Part shown: positions 7,914 through 18,732 of the stretch, piece by piece
Layout: the number at the start of each line of letters is the position of its first letter
Position numbering within the stretch: the first letter of the stretch is position 1
Assembly: GCA_022644565.1 (NCBI GenBank)
Contig: JALCHG010000001.1
Span: 132-64,131 of the forward strand
Direction of reading: 5' to 3'
DNA length: 64,000 nucleotides
Origin: Solobacterium sp.
Lineage (GTDB): Bacteria > Bacillota_I > Bacilli_A > Erysipelotrichales > Erysipelotrichaceae
Made by a program: the position numbers and the translations under genes
The notes under the pieces: generated by a model
The model's input: the letters and a program-made list of their open reading frames with translations, nothing else
What the model was told of the DNA's origin: nothing
Database searches by the model: none

Positions 7914-10193
7914 ATGATTATTATTCCTGTGTATAACCAATTGATCCTGCCGGAATCTACGCTGTATTTTCCCACCGACAGCCTCAACGCTTCCGCCGGT
8001 GTAACAGGTATCAATCCCGGTGAGAAGGTAATCTTCATCATCTCCAGAGACAACCGGCCGCGTACTGAATATACGGAGGATGGCTTCTATCCGATCGGTG
8101 TATCCGGTATGATTCAACAGTCCGGTGTATCCGGATTCTATGTGATCCGGACCTATCAGAGAGTCAATGTTGAAAATGTCATCATCCGGGCAGATCATAC
8201 GATCACGGCCAATGTATCAAGACGTCCCGACATTGAAGATGGCGATCCTGCCGAGGAAAAGGAACAGCTGGATCACATCAAGGATATGCTGAGACAGTAT
8301 ATGAACAAGTTCCAGTGGGGCAGCTTTGTTTCACCGTATCTTGATCAGTGGACCAATATCTCGGAAGTTGTTTCACTGCTTGGCATGTGGCTGCCGCTGA
8401 AGCCGGAAGAGAAGTATCAGCTGCTTGAAATCGACAGCCGCCGGGACAGAGAAAAGAAGTATGAGGAGATTCTGTATTCCTATCTGGAAGTTGCCAAAGT
8501 CAATGCGGATGCCCAGACGGCCACAACCAAGGAATATGAGAGTGCCTATAAAGAGCAGGCCATCAAGAAGCAGATGGAATATCTGCAGAATGAGCTTGAT
8601 CAGATGCATCCGGAGAATGTGAATGAGATCTCCCGCTTTGAAAAGAAGATCAAGGAATCCAGCATGAATCCGGATGCCTTGAAGGAAGCGGAGAAGATGC
8701 TCAACCGTCTGAAGCAGGAAGGCAAGAACTCTCCGGAATATGGCAATATCTATGATTATCTGGACTTTGTGACTTCTCTGAAGTGGAAGCCGGCCGAGCC
8801 GCAGACCATTGATCTCAAAGAAGCTGCCAAAGTTCTGGATGAAGATCACTTCGGCCTGGAAAAGGTCAAGAAGAGAATCATCCAGCAGATTGCGGTCATG
8901 AACCTTAAGCATACCCAGTCCGGTTCAATCCTGCTGTTTGTCGGTGCACCTGGTACCGGCAAGACTTCCATCGCTGCTTCCATCGCGCGAGCTCTGCACA
9001 GAAGCTATGTGAGAGTATCCCTTGGCGGTGTAAGGGATGAAGCGGATATCAGAGGCCACAGAAGAACTTACATCGGTGCCATGCCGGGCCGTATCATGGA
9101 CGGCATTGCCAAAGCAGGCTCCTCCAATCCGGTCATGGTGCTGGATGAAGTGGATAAGCTCGGGGAGTCCTACAATGGCGATCCGGCCAGTGCATTGCTT
9201 GAAGTACTGGATCCGGAACAGAACAACACATTCACTGATCACTACATGAACGTACCGTATGATCTTTCCAATGTGTTCTTCATCTGCACAGCCAATTCCA
9301 TTGACAACATTCCGGAACCTCTCCTGAACCGTATGGAAGTCATTCAGTTCAACGGCTATACGGCAAGTGAAAAGTTCCAGATCGCAAGACGCCATCTCAT
9401 CCCCAAAGCCATGACAGCCATGGGCATTCAGGAAAAGGATCTGGCGGTCAGGGATGATGCGATCAGAGAAGCCATTGATTCCTATACGATGGAGGGCGGA
9501 GTCAGAGGTCTCAAGAAGGTATTTGATACCTTATGCAGAGCCTGTGCTGTTTCCATTGCGGAAGGCAGAGAAGATCAGCTTGTCATCACAAAAGACAATC
9601 TGAAGGATTATCTTGATGCCCACCCGATTCACCATGATAAAGTGACGGATGACCGCAGACCCGGCATTGTGACTGGCCTTGCCTGGACCGCAGCCGGCGG
9701 TGAAATTCTGTTCATTGAATCTCTGGCTATGCCGGGCAATGGCAAGATTACCGTTACCGGACAGCTGGGCGATGTTATGAAGGAATCTGTATCCATTGCC
9801 CTGTCCTTGGTGAAACATATGTTCCCGGAGAAGAAAGACTTCTTTGAAACACATGACATTCATATCCATGTACCGGAAGGTGCTGTCAAGAAAGACGGTC
9901 CTTCTGCCGGCATCACCATTACAACCGCGCTTTCCTCCCTTGTGACAGACCATACGGTAGATCCTTCCATCGGTATGACAGGTGAAGTTTCCTTAAGAGG
10001 CAAGGTCATGCCGATCGGCGGTCTGCCTGAAAAGCTCATGGCTGCGGTCAGAGCAGGGGTGAAGACAGTTCTGATTCCAAAGGACAATGTGGAAGATCTC
10101 AAGGATGTACCGGAAGAGACCCGCAATGCCCTGCAGATCATCCCGATCGAGGATGTGAAGGACAGTCTGAAATATACCGGCATTCTTGCCTGA
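7914..10193 (+). CDS. lon: ATP-dependent Lon protease
   Basis: DHFGLEKVK, Walker A GAPGTGKTS, GHRRTYIGAMPG, DEVDK, KKDGPSAG (catalytic Ser), PIGGLPEKL (Lys). Confidence 0.97.
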   Translation: MIIIPVYNQLILPESTLYFPTDSLNASAGVTGINPGEKVIFIISRDNRPRTEYTEDGFYPIGVSGMIQQSGVSGFYVIRTYQRVNVENVIIRADHTITANVSRRPDIEDGDPAEEKEQLDHIKDMLRQYMNKFQWGSFVSPYLDQWTNISEVVSLLGMWLPLKPEEKYQLLEIDSRRDREKKYEEILYSYLEVAKVNADAQTATTKEYESAYKEQAIKKQMEYLQNELDQMHPENVNEISRFEKKIKESSMNPDALKEAEKMLNRLKQEGKNSPEYGNIYDYLDFVTSLKWKPAEPQTIDLKEAAKVLDEDHFGLEKVKKRIIQQIAVMNLKHTQSGSILLFVGAPGTGKTSIAASIARALHRSYVRVSLGGVRDEADIRGHRRTYIGAMPGRIMDGIAKAGSSNPVMVLDEVDKLGESYNGDPASALLEVLDPEQNNTFTDHYMNVPYDLSNVFFICTANSIDNIPEPLLNRMEVIQFNGYTASEKFQIARRHLIPKAMTAMGIQEKDLAVRDDAIREAIDSYTMEGGVRGLKKVFDTLCRACAVSIAEGREDQLVITKDNLKDYLDAHPIHHDKVTDDRRPGIVTGLAWTAAGGEILFIESLAMPGNGKITVTGQLGDVMKESVSIALSLVKHMFPEKKDFFETHDIHIHVPEGAVKKDGPSAGITITTALSSLVTDHTVDPSIGMTGEVSLRGKVMPIGGLPEKLMAAVRAGVKTVLIPKDNVEDLKDVPEETRNALQIIPIEDVKDSLKYTGILA

Positions 10194-10201
10194 TCTGAAT
10201 G

Positions 10202-10242
10202 ACAGCTTCAGAAATCTGAAAAGATCTCTGAAGCTGTTTTTC
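10202..10242 (+). terminator. Intrinsic terminator after lon
   Basis: ACAGCTTCAGA...TCTGAAGCTGT-TTTT. Confidence 0.8.
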
Positions 10243-10298
10243 TTCTGCGTGGAGATGCCTTGATTTGTGCATATAGAAAGGGCGGAGGAAAAGAGCTT

Positions 10299-10640
10299 AT
10301 GAAAAAAGAAAACCATTCCGCCCTGCAGATGGACTGCCGTCTGTATGGCCTTTACAAGACAGGCATCCTGTCTTTGAAAGACATCATTGTCTCAAGACAC
10401 TCTATTACCGATCCTGCCTTAATCAGTCAGCTGGCAAAGATGCGCCAGCACACAGAACGTCTGGAAACCTTCTTTGATACGATCGAAAGAGAGTATGGCA
10501 TTGATAACCGGATGATCCTGTGGCGCTATCTTGTTAACGGAGAAGATGTCTCTCATATTGCCCGTGACTATCATACCTGCCATAACGCTCTGATGCGTCA
10601 GATCAGCCGTCTGATGCAGGAGGCAGACAGCTATGCTTAG
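10299..10640 (+). CDS. Hypothetical protein with possible C-terminal sigma-region-4-like HTH
   Basis: GGAGG RBS, ATG 10299; 'ILWRYLVNGEDVSHIARDYHTCHNALMRQISRL' is HTH-like; overlaps the next gene. Confidence 0.5.
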   Translation: MKKENHSALQMDCRLYGLYKTGILSLKDIIVSRHSITDPALISQLAKMRQHTERLETFFDTIEREYGIDNRMILWRYLVNGEDVSHIARDYHTCHNALMRQISRLMQEADSYA

Positions 10641-13197
10641 AAAGATTCTGCCTTTGATCTTATGTCTTGCCTTTCTGCCTGTACAGGCGGAAGAGACAGA
10701 TACCCTCACGCTTCATGTCACCGCCGATGGAAAACCGGCATCTGTGTCTTTTCTTGTCTATGAAAGTGAAACGGCAGAAGCGCCCGTCATGGATGAAGAG
10801 GACAATGTGATCACGTTGGAAAGTGATGAAGAAGGAGAACTGATCCTGCCGCTGGAATATGAAGGCTTTTATCTGCGGCTGAAAGAGGAAAAAGGATGGC
10901 ATGTCAGCGGTGTGATGCCTTATCAGATTCAGCCGATGGATACGGTTGCCCTGGATCATCTCAGGGTCAGTTTTCACTTGAAAACTGACAGTGAAGAAAA
11001 GATTGTATGTGAGCTGAAAGAGAAGGGAAAAGAGGAAGTGACTGCTGTCCTCGACCATGATCAGGATATTTCAGCTTATTTACGGGAAGGCAGTACATAT
11101 GTGATTGCGGTGAAAGGTACATATGAAAACATGTCTCTGCATCCGGTGGAATTTGAAGTCAGTACAGCGGACGAACAGACCGTGGTGCTTTCGGCCGATC
11201 TTCTCTATCCATTTGGAATTGCCTTATCAGAACCTGTTTCAGATGTTTCTCTGCACTTTGAAGAGGAAGAGAAAATGCAGGACATGAAACTGCCGGCACG
11301 CATGAAAACAGATCAGGAAGGAAAGATCAGAGGCAGTCTTCTGCCGGGTGTGTATCATATCAGAACTGAGGTCAATGATCGTCATTATTATGAGGATGGC
11401 AGCAGGCACACGCTGAGTGTGACGCGAAGCGGAGAAAATAAACTCTCCATTGCCCTTAAGCCGGTGTCTTTTGTCATTGCGTTCAATGATGCCAGTCCTT
11501 ATATCGTGCATGTGATGCAGGGAGAAAAGGAAATCCAGTCCTATGTCAATGACGGCAGTGAACACAGCATTTCTGCAGAAAGGGAAGAGAGCTATGATAT
11601 CCGCTGTGATGCGGGAATGGATCTGCTGCCGCTGGAAGTACAGCGCATCGATACAGGCAATACGCCGGGAAACCTGAAAGTACTGATGCAGGCTCGTCCT
11701 TTTCATACAGATGTATCGGTTGCCGGCAGTGATGGACAGGCTGTCAAAGGGGCAGAGGTAAAGGTAACGCGCTTATCGGATGGCAGTGTGCAGACCGCAA
11801 ATGCCGGCATGCTTTCCGGCCTGTATGCAGGTGAAGTATATGAGGCCAGCGTATCTTCTCTGCCTGCGGGCTGGCGAGCAGCGGATCCGGTACGCTTTAC
11901 GGCCGGAAAGGACAATGTGGTACTGCAGGTAAATCCATTTGTGCATCAGACGATTGCTTTGAATGTACCGGGAACCGGTTTTGTCTACCAGGCTTACCGC
12001 GATGAAGCCTGTACAGTACCATTAACAGATCTTGATGGGAATAATGTAGCGGTTCAGGATACGGCCAGCTTTGCGCTTGGGGAAGGTACCTATTATCTGA
12101 AAGCTGTACAGATGGATCCGGCATACTACCCGGATGAAACCGTACACAGGCTGCAGGTCGCACAGCAGAACGGAACGGAAGCCGTCTATGACATCGCTTT
12201 AAAGCGTACCTCCATCAAAGCGGAAGTGCGGGATGAAAACAATGCACTGCTGTCAGATGTCTGGCTCATTCTCAAAGATGAAAAGGGCAATGAAAGAAGA
12301 GTGAAGGCAGGTGATGAAGTAGATGTAGAGCGCGGCGTCAGATATGCACTGCGGCTGGCCGATGCGCCGGAAGGATACCAGCAGAAAAGTGCCGGGGTAT
12401 TCATGCTGGGGGAGAAGGCACCGGCCGAACTGCCTGTCGCTGCCATCCGTGTTACAGCTGTAAGTGATCTGAAACTGAAGCTTACCCATCAGGCTAAACC
12501 GGTTGCGGCATCCTATGCTTTATATACCGATGAAGCGTGCCGCACACCTGCGTATGATCTTGATGGAAATAAGGCGGAAGGAAAGATGGATCAGGAAGGC
12601 GTTCTGCATCTATGCATGCCTAGAGGCATCTATTATCTCAAACAGACAGGCATTGATCCGCATTACTTCCGGCAGACAGAGGTCCGTAAGATTGAGCTGA
12701 AAGCGCAAACCGAGCGGATCAATCTTGAAAGTGAGCCGGTTGTATTCCGTACGGCTCTTTATGATGCACAGGGCAGACCGGTATATGGAGCTGTTTATGC
12801 GCTGCTGGATGAAAACAGAAAGCAATTGAAAAGCTGGAAGTATGAAGGCAGTGAACTGCTGATTGAGGATGAAGCACTGGCCCATGGCAAGACCTACTAT
12901 CTGCAGTGCACTTCCATGCCGGAAGGCTATGAGAAGAACAATGCCCTGATCCGCTTTACTCTGCCTGAAACGTATGGGGAAGAACTGCCTTCTATCTCTT
13001 TGACAGCCGTGATGAAAGAGCAGAAGAAAGCAGAAGGCGGCAGTGTAAAGCAGAAGGAACAGATGGACATGGAAGATATACTGAACGGGGAAAAGAGCCG
13101 CAGGTATATCATGATCCTGATGATCCTGGCCGGCGTTCTTGCCGGGATGATCTGGTATGAGAAATGTAAAAAATGTAAAAATAAGAAAAAAGGTTGA
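10633..13197 (+). CDS. Large surface protein with SpaA/CnaB-like (prealbumin-fold) repeats, signal peptide and C-terminal TM anchor
   Basis: Signal peptide MLRKILPLILCLAFLPVQA; repeats 'YQAYRDEACT..GTYYLKAVQMDPAY', 'YALYTDEACR..GIYYLKQTG', 'TYYLQCTSMPEGY'; C-terminal hydrophobic stretch plus Lys-rich tail. Confidence 0.7.
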   Translation: MLRKILPLILCLAFLPVQAEETDTLTLHVTADGKPASVSFLVYESETAEAPVMDEEDNVITLESDEEGELILPLEYEGFYLRLKEEKGWHVSGVMPYQIQPMDTVALDHLRVSFHLKTDSEEKIVCELKEKGKEEVTAVLDHDQDISAYLREGSTYVIAVKGTYENMSLHPVEFEVSTADEQTVVLSADLLYPFGIALSEPVSDVSLHFEEEEKMQDMKLPARMKTDQEGKIRGSLLPGVYHIRTEVNDRHYYEDGSRHTLSVTRSGENKLSIALKPVSFVIAFNDASPYIVHVMQGEKEIQSYVNDGSEHSISAEREESYDIRCDAGMDLLPLEVQRIDTGNTPGNLKVLMQARPFHTDVSVAGSDGQAVKGAEVKVTRLSDGSVQTANAGMLSGLYAGEVYEASVSSLPAGWRAADPVRFTAGKDNVVLQVNPFVHQTIALNVPGTGFVYQAYRDEACTVPLTDLDGNNVAVQDTASFALGEGTYYLKAVQMDPAYYPDETVHRLQVAQQNGTEAVYDIALKRTSIKAEVRDENNALLSDVWLILKDEKGNERRVKAGDEVDVERGVRYALRLADAPEGYQQKSAGVFMLGEKAPAELPVAAIRVTAVSDLKLKLTHQAKPVAASYALYTDEACRTPAYDLDGNKAEGKMDQEGVLHLCMPRGIYYLKQTGIDPHYFRQTEVRKIELKAQTERINLESEPVVFRTALYDAQGRPVYGAVYALLDENRKQLKSWKYEGSELLIEDEALAHGKTYYLQCTSMPEGYEKNNALIRFTLPETYGEELPSISLTAVMKEQKKAEGGSVKQKEQMDMEDILNGEKSRRYIMILMILAGVLAGMIWYEKCKKCKNKKKG

Positions 13198-13227
13198 AAT
13201 CCGCTTACATTTTTCTTACAATACAGA

Positions 13228-13482
13228 AAAGCAATGAAGGGAAAAAGTAAGCTTTTCGCCGATCTTGAGAGAGCTTTCTGCAAGCTGAAAGGAAAGCGTG
13301 AGGGAGAAGCTGAACACACATCCCGGAGCTGTCTGTTCGAACTGACAGTAGGGCAGATCGGTGTGTCCGTTAAAGCACAGGAGTATGATGAAAGTACTTC
13401 ATGAGGCTGTATTCGTGAGGATGCAGTGAAATTGGGTGGAACAGCGCTGCGGCGTCCCTTGTCAGGGATGCCGCTTTTGTTT
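13228..13482 (+). promoter_or_regulatory. T-box riboswitch, His specifier
   Basis: AGTA, GAGAG and GCTGAAA stem I motifs. Specifier loop GAA-CA-CAC-A (CAC at 13317-13319). T-box AATTGGGTGGAACAGCG (~13430-13446). Terminator GCGGCGTCCC-TTGTCA-GGGATGCCGC-TTTT. Promoter TTGAAA/TACAAT at ~13194-13222. Confidence 0.92.
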
Positions 13483-13497
13483 CAGAAGGAGAAAGTC

Positions 13498-14607
13498 ATG
13501 TACTATACAAGTGAAGCACCCGGCGGTATGCGTGATACGGCCGGCAGTGAAGCCGTGAAGAAGAAAAAGCTGCAGGGCAGAATTGAGAAGGTATTTGCTT
13601 CATACGGCTATGAACCGGTGTTTACACCGACCATTGAATACTATGAAACCTATGCCAGGGCATATGACGGCATCAGAGAAGAAGAGTTCTACAAGTTCTT
13701 CGATCAGGACGGCCGCATTCTTACTCTGCGTCCGGATATGACCATTCCGATTGCCCGCTTTACAGCTGGGCGGCTGGGCAGTCAGAAGCCGCCGTTCCGT
13801 TTTTCCTACAGTGCGGATGTGTTCAAGGTCAGACATACCTTTGCCGGCAAACGTTCAGAAGCGACTGACTGCGGGGTGGAATGCATCGGTCTGGATGAAA
13901 AGGATGATCTGGAAGTACTGGTGCTGGCCCTTGATACACTGAAGTGTCTTGGTACAGAGAATTATATGCTTGAGATCGGCAATTCCGGCTACTTCAAGGC
14001 AGCCGCCAGAAGCGCCGGCCTGCAGCAGGAACAGACCCGTATTCTGGCAGATCTGATTGACCGCAAATCCATGGTGGATCTGCAGGAATTTCTCGATGCT
14101 TCATCACTCAGTGAAAAGGGAACCGCCTTCTTCATGAAGCTGCCGTTATTAAGCGGGGATGTTTCGGTGCTGAAAGAGGCGGAGGATCTTTCCTTTACCG
14201 ATGAGCTGCATCGGGAAACGGCAAGGCTGACCAAACTGGATGAGATGCTCAGAACACTCGGGTGGGAAAAGCATATCAGCTATGACCTTGGCAAAGTGCC
14301 GCATCTGACCTATTACACCGGCATCATCTTTGAAGGATGGGTGGAAGGCCTTGGTGCTTCCGTGCTGTCCGGGGGAAGATATGATGATCTGCTGAAGAAA
14401 TTCGGAAGGGATCTGCCGGCCTGCGGCTTCGGTATGAAGATCGATGAAGCGGCGCAGCTGTTGAAGGATGAAGAAGAGAAAGTCATCACGGTACGCTATC
14501 CTGAAGGAAAGATTGCGGAAGCCCTGGCCAAAGCGGCAGCACTGCGGCAGAATCACCGCGTGATCATTGAAGAAGCGGATACAGATGAGGTGGAGGTAAT
14601 CGCATGA
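13498..14607 (+). CDS. hisZ: ATP phosphoribosyltransferase regulatory subunit
   Basis: HisRS-like: FTPTIEYY, LRPDMTIPIAR, YYTGIIFEG, GGRYDDLL; start at ATG 13498 after AAGGAG. Confidence 0.93.
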   Translation: MYYTSEAPGGMRDTAGSEAVKKKKLQGRIEKVFASYGYEPVFTPTIEYYETYARAYDGIREEEFYKFFDQDGRILTLRPDMTIPIARFTAGRLGSQKPPFRFSYSADVFKVRHTFAGKRSEATDCGVECIGLDEKDDLEVLVLALDTLKCLGTENYMLEIGNSGYFKAAARSAGLQQEQTRILADLIDRKSMVDLQEFLDASSLSEKGTAFFMKLPLLSGDVSVLKEAEDLSFTDELHRETARLTKLDEMLRTLGWEKHISYDLGKVPHLTYYTGIIFEGWVEGLGASVLSGGRYDDLLKKFGRDLPACGFGMKIDEAAQLLKDEEEKVITVRYPEGKIAEALAKAAALRQNHRVIIEEADTDEVEVIA

Positions 14608-15230
14608 TATCAGTAGCACTGACCAAAGGCCGACTGGAGAAGTCCTCTACGGCCATGCTGGAAAAAGCAGGCTATGGGGTGGAAAAGCTGAAGGACAAAG
14701 GCAGGGCGCTTGTCTTCCCCGATACGGTGAAGGATGTGCGCTACTTCCTGGTCAAAGCCAATGACTGCATTACCTATGTGGAACACGGCGTAGCTGATAT
14801 CGGCATTGTCGGCAAGGATACGATTCTGGAAGGCGGAAATGATTATTATGAAATGCTGGATCTGAAGATCGGTGAATGTAAATTCATCTGTGCTTCTCTG
14901 CCGGATCATAATCCGCTCACGATGTCCGGTCATATCCGGATCGGCACCAAATATCCGGAAGTCACAAGACGCTATTTCCGCCAGCTCGGCAAGGATGTTG
15001 AAATCATCAAGATTGACGGTTCGGTGGAACTGTCGCCGATTCTGGGACTTGTGGATGGCATTGTGGATATCATGGAGACCGGGACAACCCTCAGAGAAAA
15101 CGGGCTTGTAGTCTATGATACGGTATGCCGGATTTCAGCCCGGGCAATTGTCAACCGGGCTGCGTACCGGCTGAAACATGAAGAAGTCATGACATTTCTG
15201 AATGATCTGAAAAAGCAGGTAAAGGAGTGA
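14604..15230 (+). CDS. hisG: ATP phosphoribosyltransferase (short form)
   Basis: ALTKGRL, YVEHGVADIGIVGKD, TKYP, GSVELSP, DIMETGTTL. Confidence 0.96.
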   Translation: MISVALTKGRLEKSSTAMLEKAGYGVEKLKDKGRALVFPDTVKDVRYFLVKANDCITYVEHGVADIGIVGKDTILEGGNDYYEMLDLKIGECKFICASLPDHNPLTMSGHIRIGTKYPEVTRRYFRQLGKDVEIIKIDGSVELSPILGLVDGIVDIMETGTTLRENGLVVYDTVCRISARAIVNRAAYRLKHEEVMTFLNDLKKQVKE

Positions 15231-16531
15231 AGAATATGCTGGAAGAAATTGATGCGGGCAATCCGGAAGCCCTGAGAAAGTATCTTGATTCAAGAAGTGC
15301 GGAAATCTCGGATGATGTGCTGATGAAGGTCAGTGCCATCCTGCGGGATGTCAGAGAAAACGGCGATGCTGCCCTCAGAAAATATACGGCGCAGTTTGAC
15401 GGCGTGAAGGTGGAAGATTTCCGCATCAAGGATGAAGAACTGCAGGCCGCAGCGGATCAGGTGTCTCCTTCCTTCAAAGAGGCCATGGAAAAGGCTGCGG
15501 CCAATATCCGATCCTTCCATGAAGCACAGAAACAGAATTCCTATCTTATTGAAAAGGATGAGGGTGTATACCTTGGCGAAAGAGTGCTGCCGCTGTCTTC
15601 CTGCGGCATCTATGTGCCGGGCGGCCGGGCTCAGTATCCTTCCAGCGTTCTCATGAATGCCATTCCGGCCAAAGTGGCCGGGGTGAAGCGGATTGTCATG
15701 GTAACTCCGCCGTCAAAGGACGGCAGGCTCAATCCGGATATTGCCTTTGCGGCAAAGCTTGCCGGGGTGGATGAAGTCTACCGTATCGGCGGAGCCCAGG
15801 CCATTGCGGCCCTTGCTTATGGCACAGAATCCATTCCGCATGTGGATAAGATCACCGGCCCGGGCAACATCTTTGTGGCGGCAGCCAAGAAGCTGGTCTT
15901 TGGCAAAGTAGCGATTGATATGATTGCCGGTCCCTCTGAAATCCTTGCCGTAGCGGATGAAAAAGCGGATCCTGCCTATCTTGCGGCAGACCTGTTAAGC
16001 CAGGCGGAACATGATCCCATGGCTTCGGCGATTCTGTTAACCCCAAGCAGACCGCTTCTCAATGCGGTCAATGCTGAGCTTGAAAAGCAGAGTGCCGTAC
16101 TGCCCAAGCGGCAGATTGTTGAAGAATCCTTGAAGAACTATGGCAAAGCCATTGTCTGCAGGGATATTCATGCCTGCATTGCCTATGCCAATGCCATTGC
16201 CCCGGAACATCTGGAGCTGATGGTGGAAGATCCGATGCCCTATCTCAATGAAGTCGTCAATGCCGGCTCGGTCTTCTTAGGCTACTATACATGCGAATCC
16301 ATCGGCGATTACTTCGGCGGCACCAACCATGTTCTGCCGACCGGCGGTACAGCCCGCTTCTCCAGTGCGCTCGGCGTGGATGCCTTCATCAAGAAGTCCT
16401 GCTATCTCCACTACAGCGAAGAAGCTTTGGAACGCGACGCTTCCTATATCATGACCATGGCACATCAGGAACAGCTTGAAGCACATGCAAGAGCGGCCGG
16501 AATCAGGGTGAAGAAAAATGAAAAAGATTGA
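15227..16531 (+). CDS. hisD: Histidinol dehydrogenase
   Basis: [48 protein letters not shown]. Confidence 0.97.
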   Translation: MKNMLEEIDAGNPEALRKYLDSRSAEISDDVLMKVSAILRDVRENGDAALRKYTAQFDGVKVEDFRIKDEELQAAADQVSPSFKEAMEKAAANIRSFHEAQKQNSYLIEKDEGVYLGERVLPLSSCGIYVPGGRAQYPSSVLMNAIPAKVAGVKRIVMVTPPSKDGRLNPDIAFAAKLAGVDEVYRIGGAQAIAALAYGTESIPHVDKITGPGNIFVAAAKKLVFGKVAIDMIAGPSEILAVADEKADPAYLAADLLSQAEHDPMASAILLTPSRPLLNAVNAELEKQSAVLPKRQIVEESLKNYGKAIVCRDIHACIAYANAIAPEHLELMVEDPMPYLNEVVNAGSVFLGYYTCESIGDYFGGTNHVLPTGGTARFSSALGVDAFIKKSCYLHYSEEALERDASYIMTMAHQEQLEAHARAAGIRVKKNEKD

Positions 16532-17549
16532 GTCTTATACGGCGGCAGCGAGTGATGGCTTACTGCTGAACGCTAATGAACTGAGTGTATCCTTTTCCAG
16601 AACGATTCTGGATGAATTGAAAGCAGCCATCGATGAAATTCCATTCAACCGCTATCCTGATGCAGAAGAAACAGAACTGCTGGAAGCGTATGGAAAGTGT
16701 GTCGGCTTCAGTCCGGCTCATTTACTTGCCGGCAATGGTTCAGATCAGATGCTCGGCTATCTCATCGGTACGTACTTAGGCAAGGGGAAAAAGCTCTTTA
16801 CGCTGGAGCCTGACTTCTCCATGTATGACTACTATGCTTCAACCTATGAAGCAGATGTCGTCAAATTCAAAGAAAAGAAAGACGGCAGCTATGCGCTGGC
16901 TGACTTCATTCAGGCTGCCAAGGACAATGCACCTGATATGATCCTTTTCTCCAATCCCAACAATCCGGGCGGACAGTGTCTTTCCCCGGATGAAGTGGAA
17001 GAAATTCTCAAGGCTTTCCCTTCGATTCCGGTTGTCATTGATGAAGCGTATATTGAGTTTTCCGATATACCGGGCAGTGAGAAGCTGATTGATGTATATG
17101 ACAATCTGTTTATTACCCGTACTTTATCCAAGGCATTAGGAGCAGCGGGGCTCAGAATCGGATTTCTGATCGGTTCACAGAAGGTGATGGCAGATCTCAA
17201 GAAGAACTTTGTGCCTTATGCTCTGAATCGTCTTTCCATGAAAGCGGCGGTCATTGCCTTGGCACATCGTAATGAATATGAGCCATTGATTGCCTTAATC
17301 AAAAAGGAAAGAGAAAAGATGTATGAAGAAAGCAGAAAATTCAGGCATCTGATTCTCTATCCTTCCGAGGCCAACTACCTCCATGGCCGGTGTGACAATA
17401 AGAAGCTGCTGCTGAAGCTGTTTGCGGATGCGGATATTGTTATCCGCAACTACAATGATGAGGATACCTTCCGTATTACTATCGGTCTGCCGCAGGAGAA
17501 TGAGCGTGTCCTGCAGGTACTGCAGGCATATGAAGAGGCATGTGTATGA
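16518..17549 (+). CDS. hisC: Histidinol-phosphate aminotransferase
   Basis: NRYPD, GNGSDQ, NPNNPGG, DEAYIEF, RTLSKALGAAGLRIG. Confidence 0.93.
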   Translation: MKKIESYTAAASDGLLLNANELSVSFSRTILDELKAAIDEIPFNRYPDAEETELLEAYGKCVGFSPAHLLAGNGSDQMLGYLIGTYLGKGKKLFTLEPDFSMYDYYASTYEADVVKFKEKKDGSYALADFIQAAKDNAPDMILFSNPNNPGGQCLSPDEVEEILKAFPSIPVVIDEAYIEFSDIPGSEKLIDVYDNLFITRTLSKALGAAGLRIGFLIGSQKVMADLKKNFVPYALNRLSMKAAVIALAHRNEYEPLIALIKKEREKMYEESRKFRHLILYPSEANYLHGRCDNKKLLLKLFADADIVIRNYNDEDTFRITIGLPQENERVLQVLQAYEEACV

Positions 17550-18127
17550 GAACAGCATCAGTATCCCGCAGAACAAAGGAAACAGAGATTTCCTGTACAT
17601 TGAATCTTGATGCAAAGAGCGGTACGGATATTTCCACCGGCATCGGTTTCTTCGATCATATGCTGGAGCTGCTCAGCTTTCACAGCGGTTTCGGCATGAC
17701 CATTAAAGCCGATGGCGATCTCAATGTGGATGACCACCATACGGTAGAGGACTGCGGCATTGTCTTAGGCAAAGCATTCCGGCAAGCCCTGGGGGATAAG
17801 AAAGGGATTGCCCGCTATGGCTTTTTCTCCTGTCCCATGGATGAAGCGCTGGCCAATGTGTCATTGGACTTTTCCGGGCGGCCCTATCTTGTCTTCCACT
17901 GCACATTTACAAGAGAAAAGATCGGTGATCTTTCCACGGAAATGGTAGAGGAATTCTTCCGTGCCTTTGCAGTAGAAGCCGGTCTGACGCTGCACATCAA
18001 TGTGCCGTATGGCACCAACAATCATCATATGGCAGAAGCAGTGTTCAAGGCCTTCGGCCATGCCCTGAAGGAAGCTGTCAGAGTAAGCGGGGATGGCGTG
18101 ATGAGCTCGAAAGGAGTGCTGGCATGA
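17546..18127 (+). CDS. hisB: Imidazoleglycerol-phosphate dehydratase (monofunctional)
   Basis: RRTKETEI, TGIGFFDHML, DDHHTVED, NNHHMAEAVFKA, SSKGVL. Confidence 0.97.
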   Translation: MRTASVSRRTKETEISCTLNLDAKSGTDISTGIGFFDHMLELLSFHSGFGMTIKADGDLNVDDHHTVEDCGIVLGKAFRQALGDKKGIARYGFFSCPMDEALANVSLDFSGRPYLVFHCTFTREKIGDLSTEMVEEFFRAFAVEAGLTLHINVPYGTNNHHMAEAVFKAFGHALKEAVRVSGDGVMSSKGVLA

Positions 18128-18732
18128 TTGGAATTATCGACTATGGAATGGGCAATCTGAAAAGTGCTGCCAATGGATTGAAGAAAGTCGGGGCAGCATA
18201 TGTGATCAGCGATCAGGCGGATGTGCTGCAGCAGTGCGACCGGCTGATCCTGCCGGGGGTTGGGGCATTTGCGGATGCCCTGGTCAATATCAAAGACAGA
18301 GGCTTATATGAACCGGTAAAGAAAATGGTAAAGGAAGGAAAACCGTTACTGGGGATCTGTCTGGGAATGCAGATGCTGTATGAGGAAAGTGAAGAAAACG
18401 GTCTGAGTGAAGGATTCGGTTTTCTCAAAGGCAGAATCATCCGGATGAAGGGAGATATCCGCATTCCGCAGATCGGCTGGAATCTGCTGGAAAAGAAACA
18501 GGAACATCCTGTTTTCAATCTGATTTCCGATCGTCCTTTTGTCTACTATGTACACAGCTATTATGCCAATGAAACAGATCCGTCTGAAGTCTATGGAACA
18601 AGTTGCTATGGACCGATTGAAGTGCCGGGTCTTGTTGGAAAGGGCAATGTCATGGGCTGTCAGTTTCACCCGGAAAAGAGCGGTGAAGATGGTCTTGCAA
18701 TCCTGAAATGGTTTACGGAGGCAGAGCTATGA
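18124..18732 (+). CDS. hisH: Imidazole glycerol phosphate synthase, glutaminase subunit
   Basis: IIDYGMGN, LPGVGAF, GICLGMQ, YYVHSY, QFHPEKSG. Confidence 0.97.
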   Translation: MIGIIDYGMGNLKSAANGLKKVGAAYVISDQADVLQQCDRLILPGVGAFADALVNIKDRGLYEPVKKMVKEGKPLLGICLGMQMLYEESEENGLSEGFGFLKGRIIRMKGDIRIPQIGWNLLEKKQEHPVFNLISDRPFVYYVHSYYANETDPSEVYGTSCYGPIEVPGLVGKGNVMGCQFHPEKSGEDGLAILKWFTEAEL

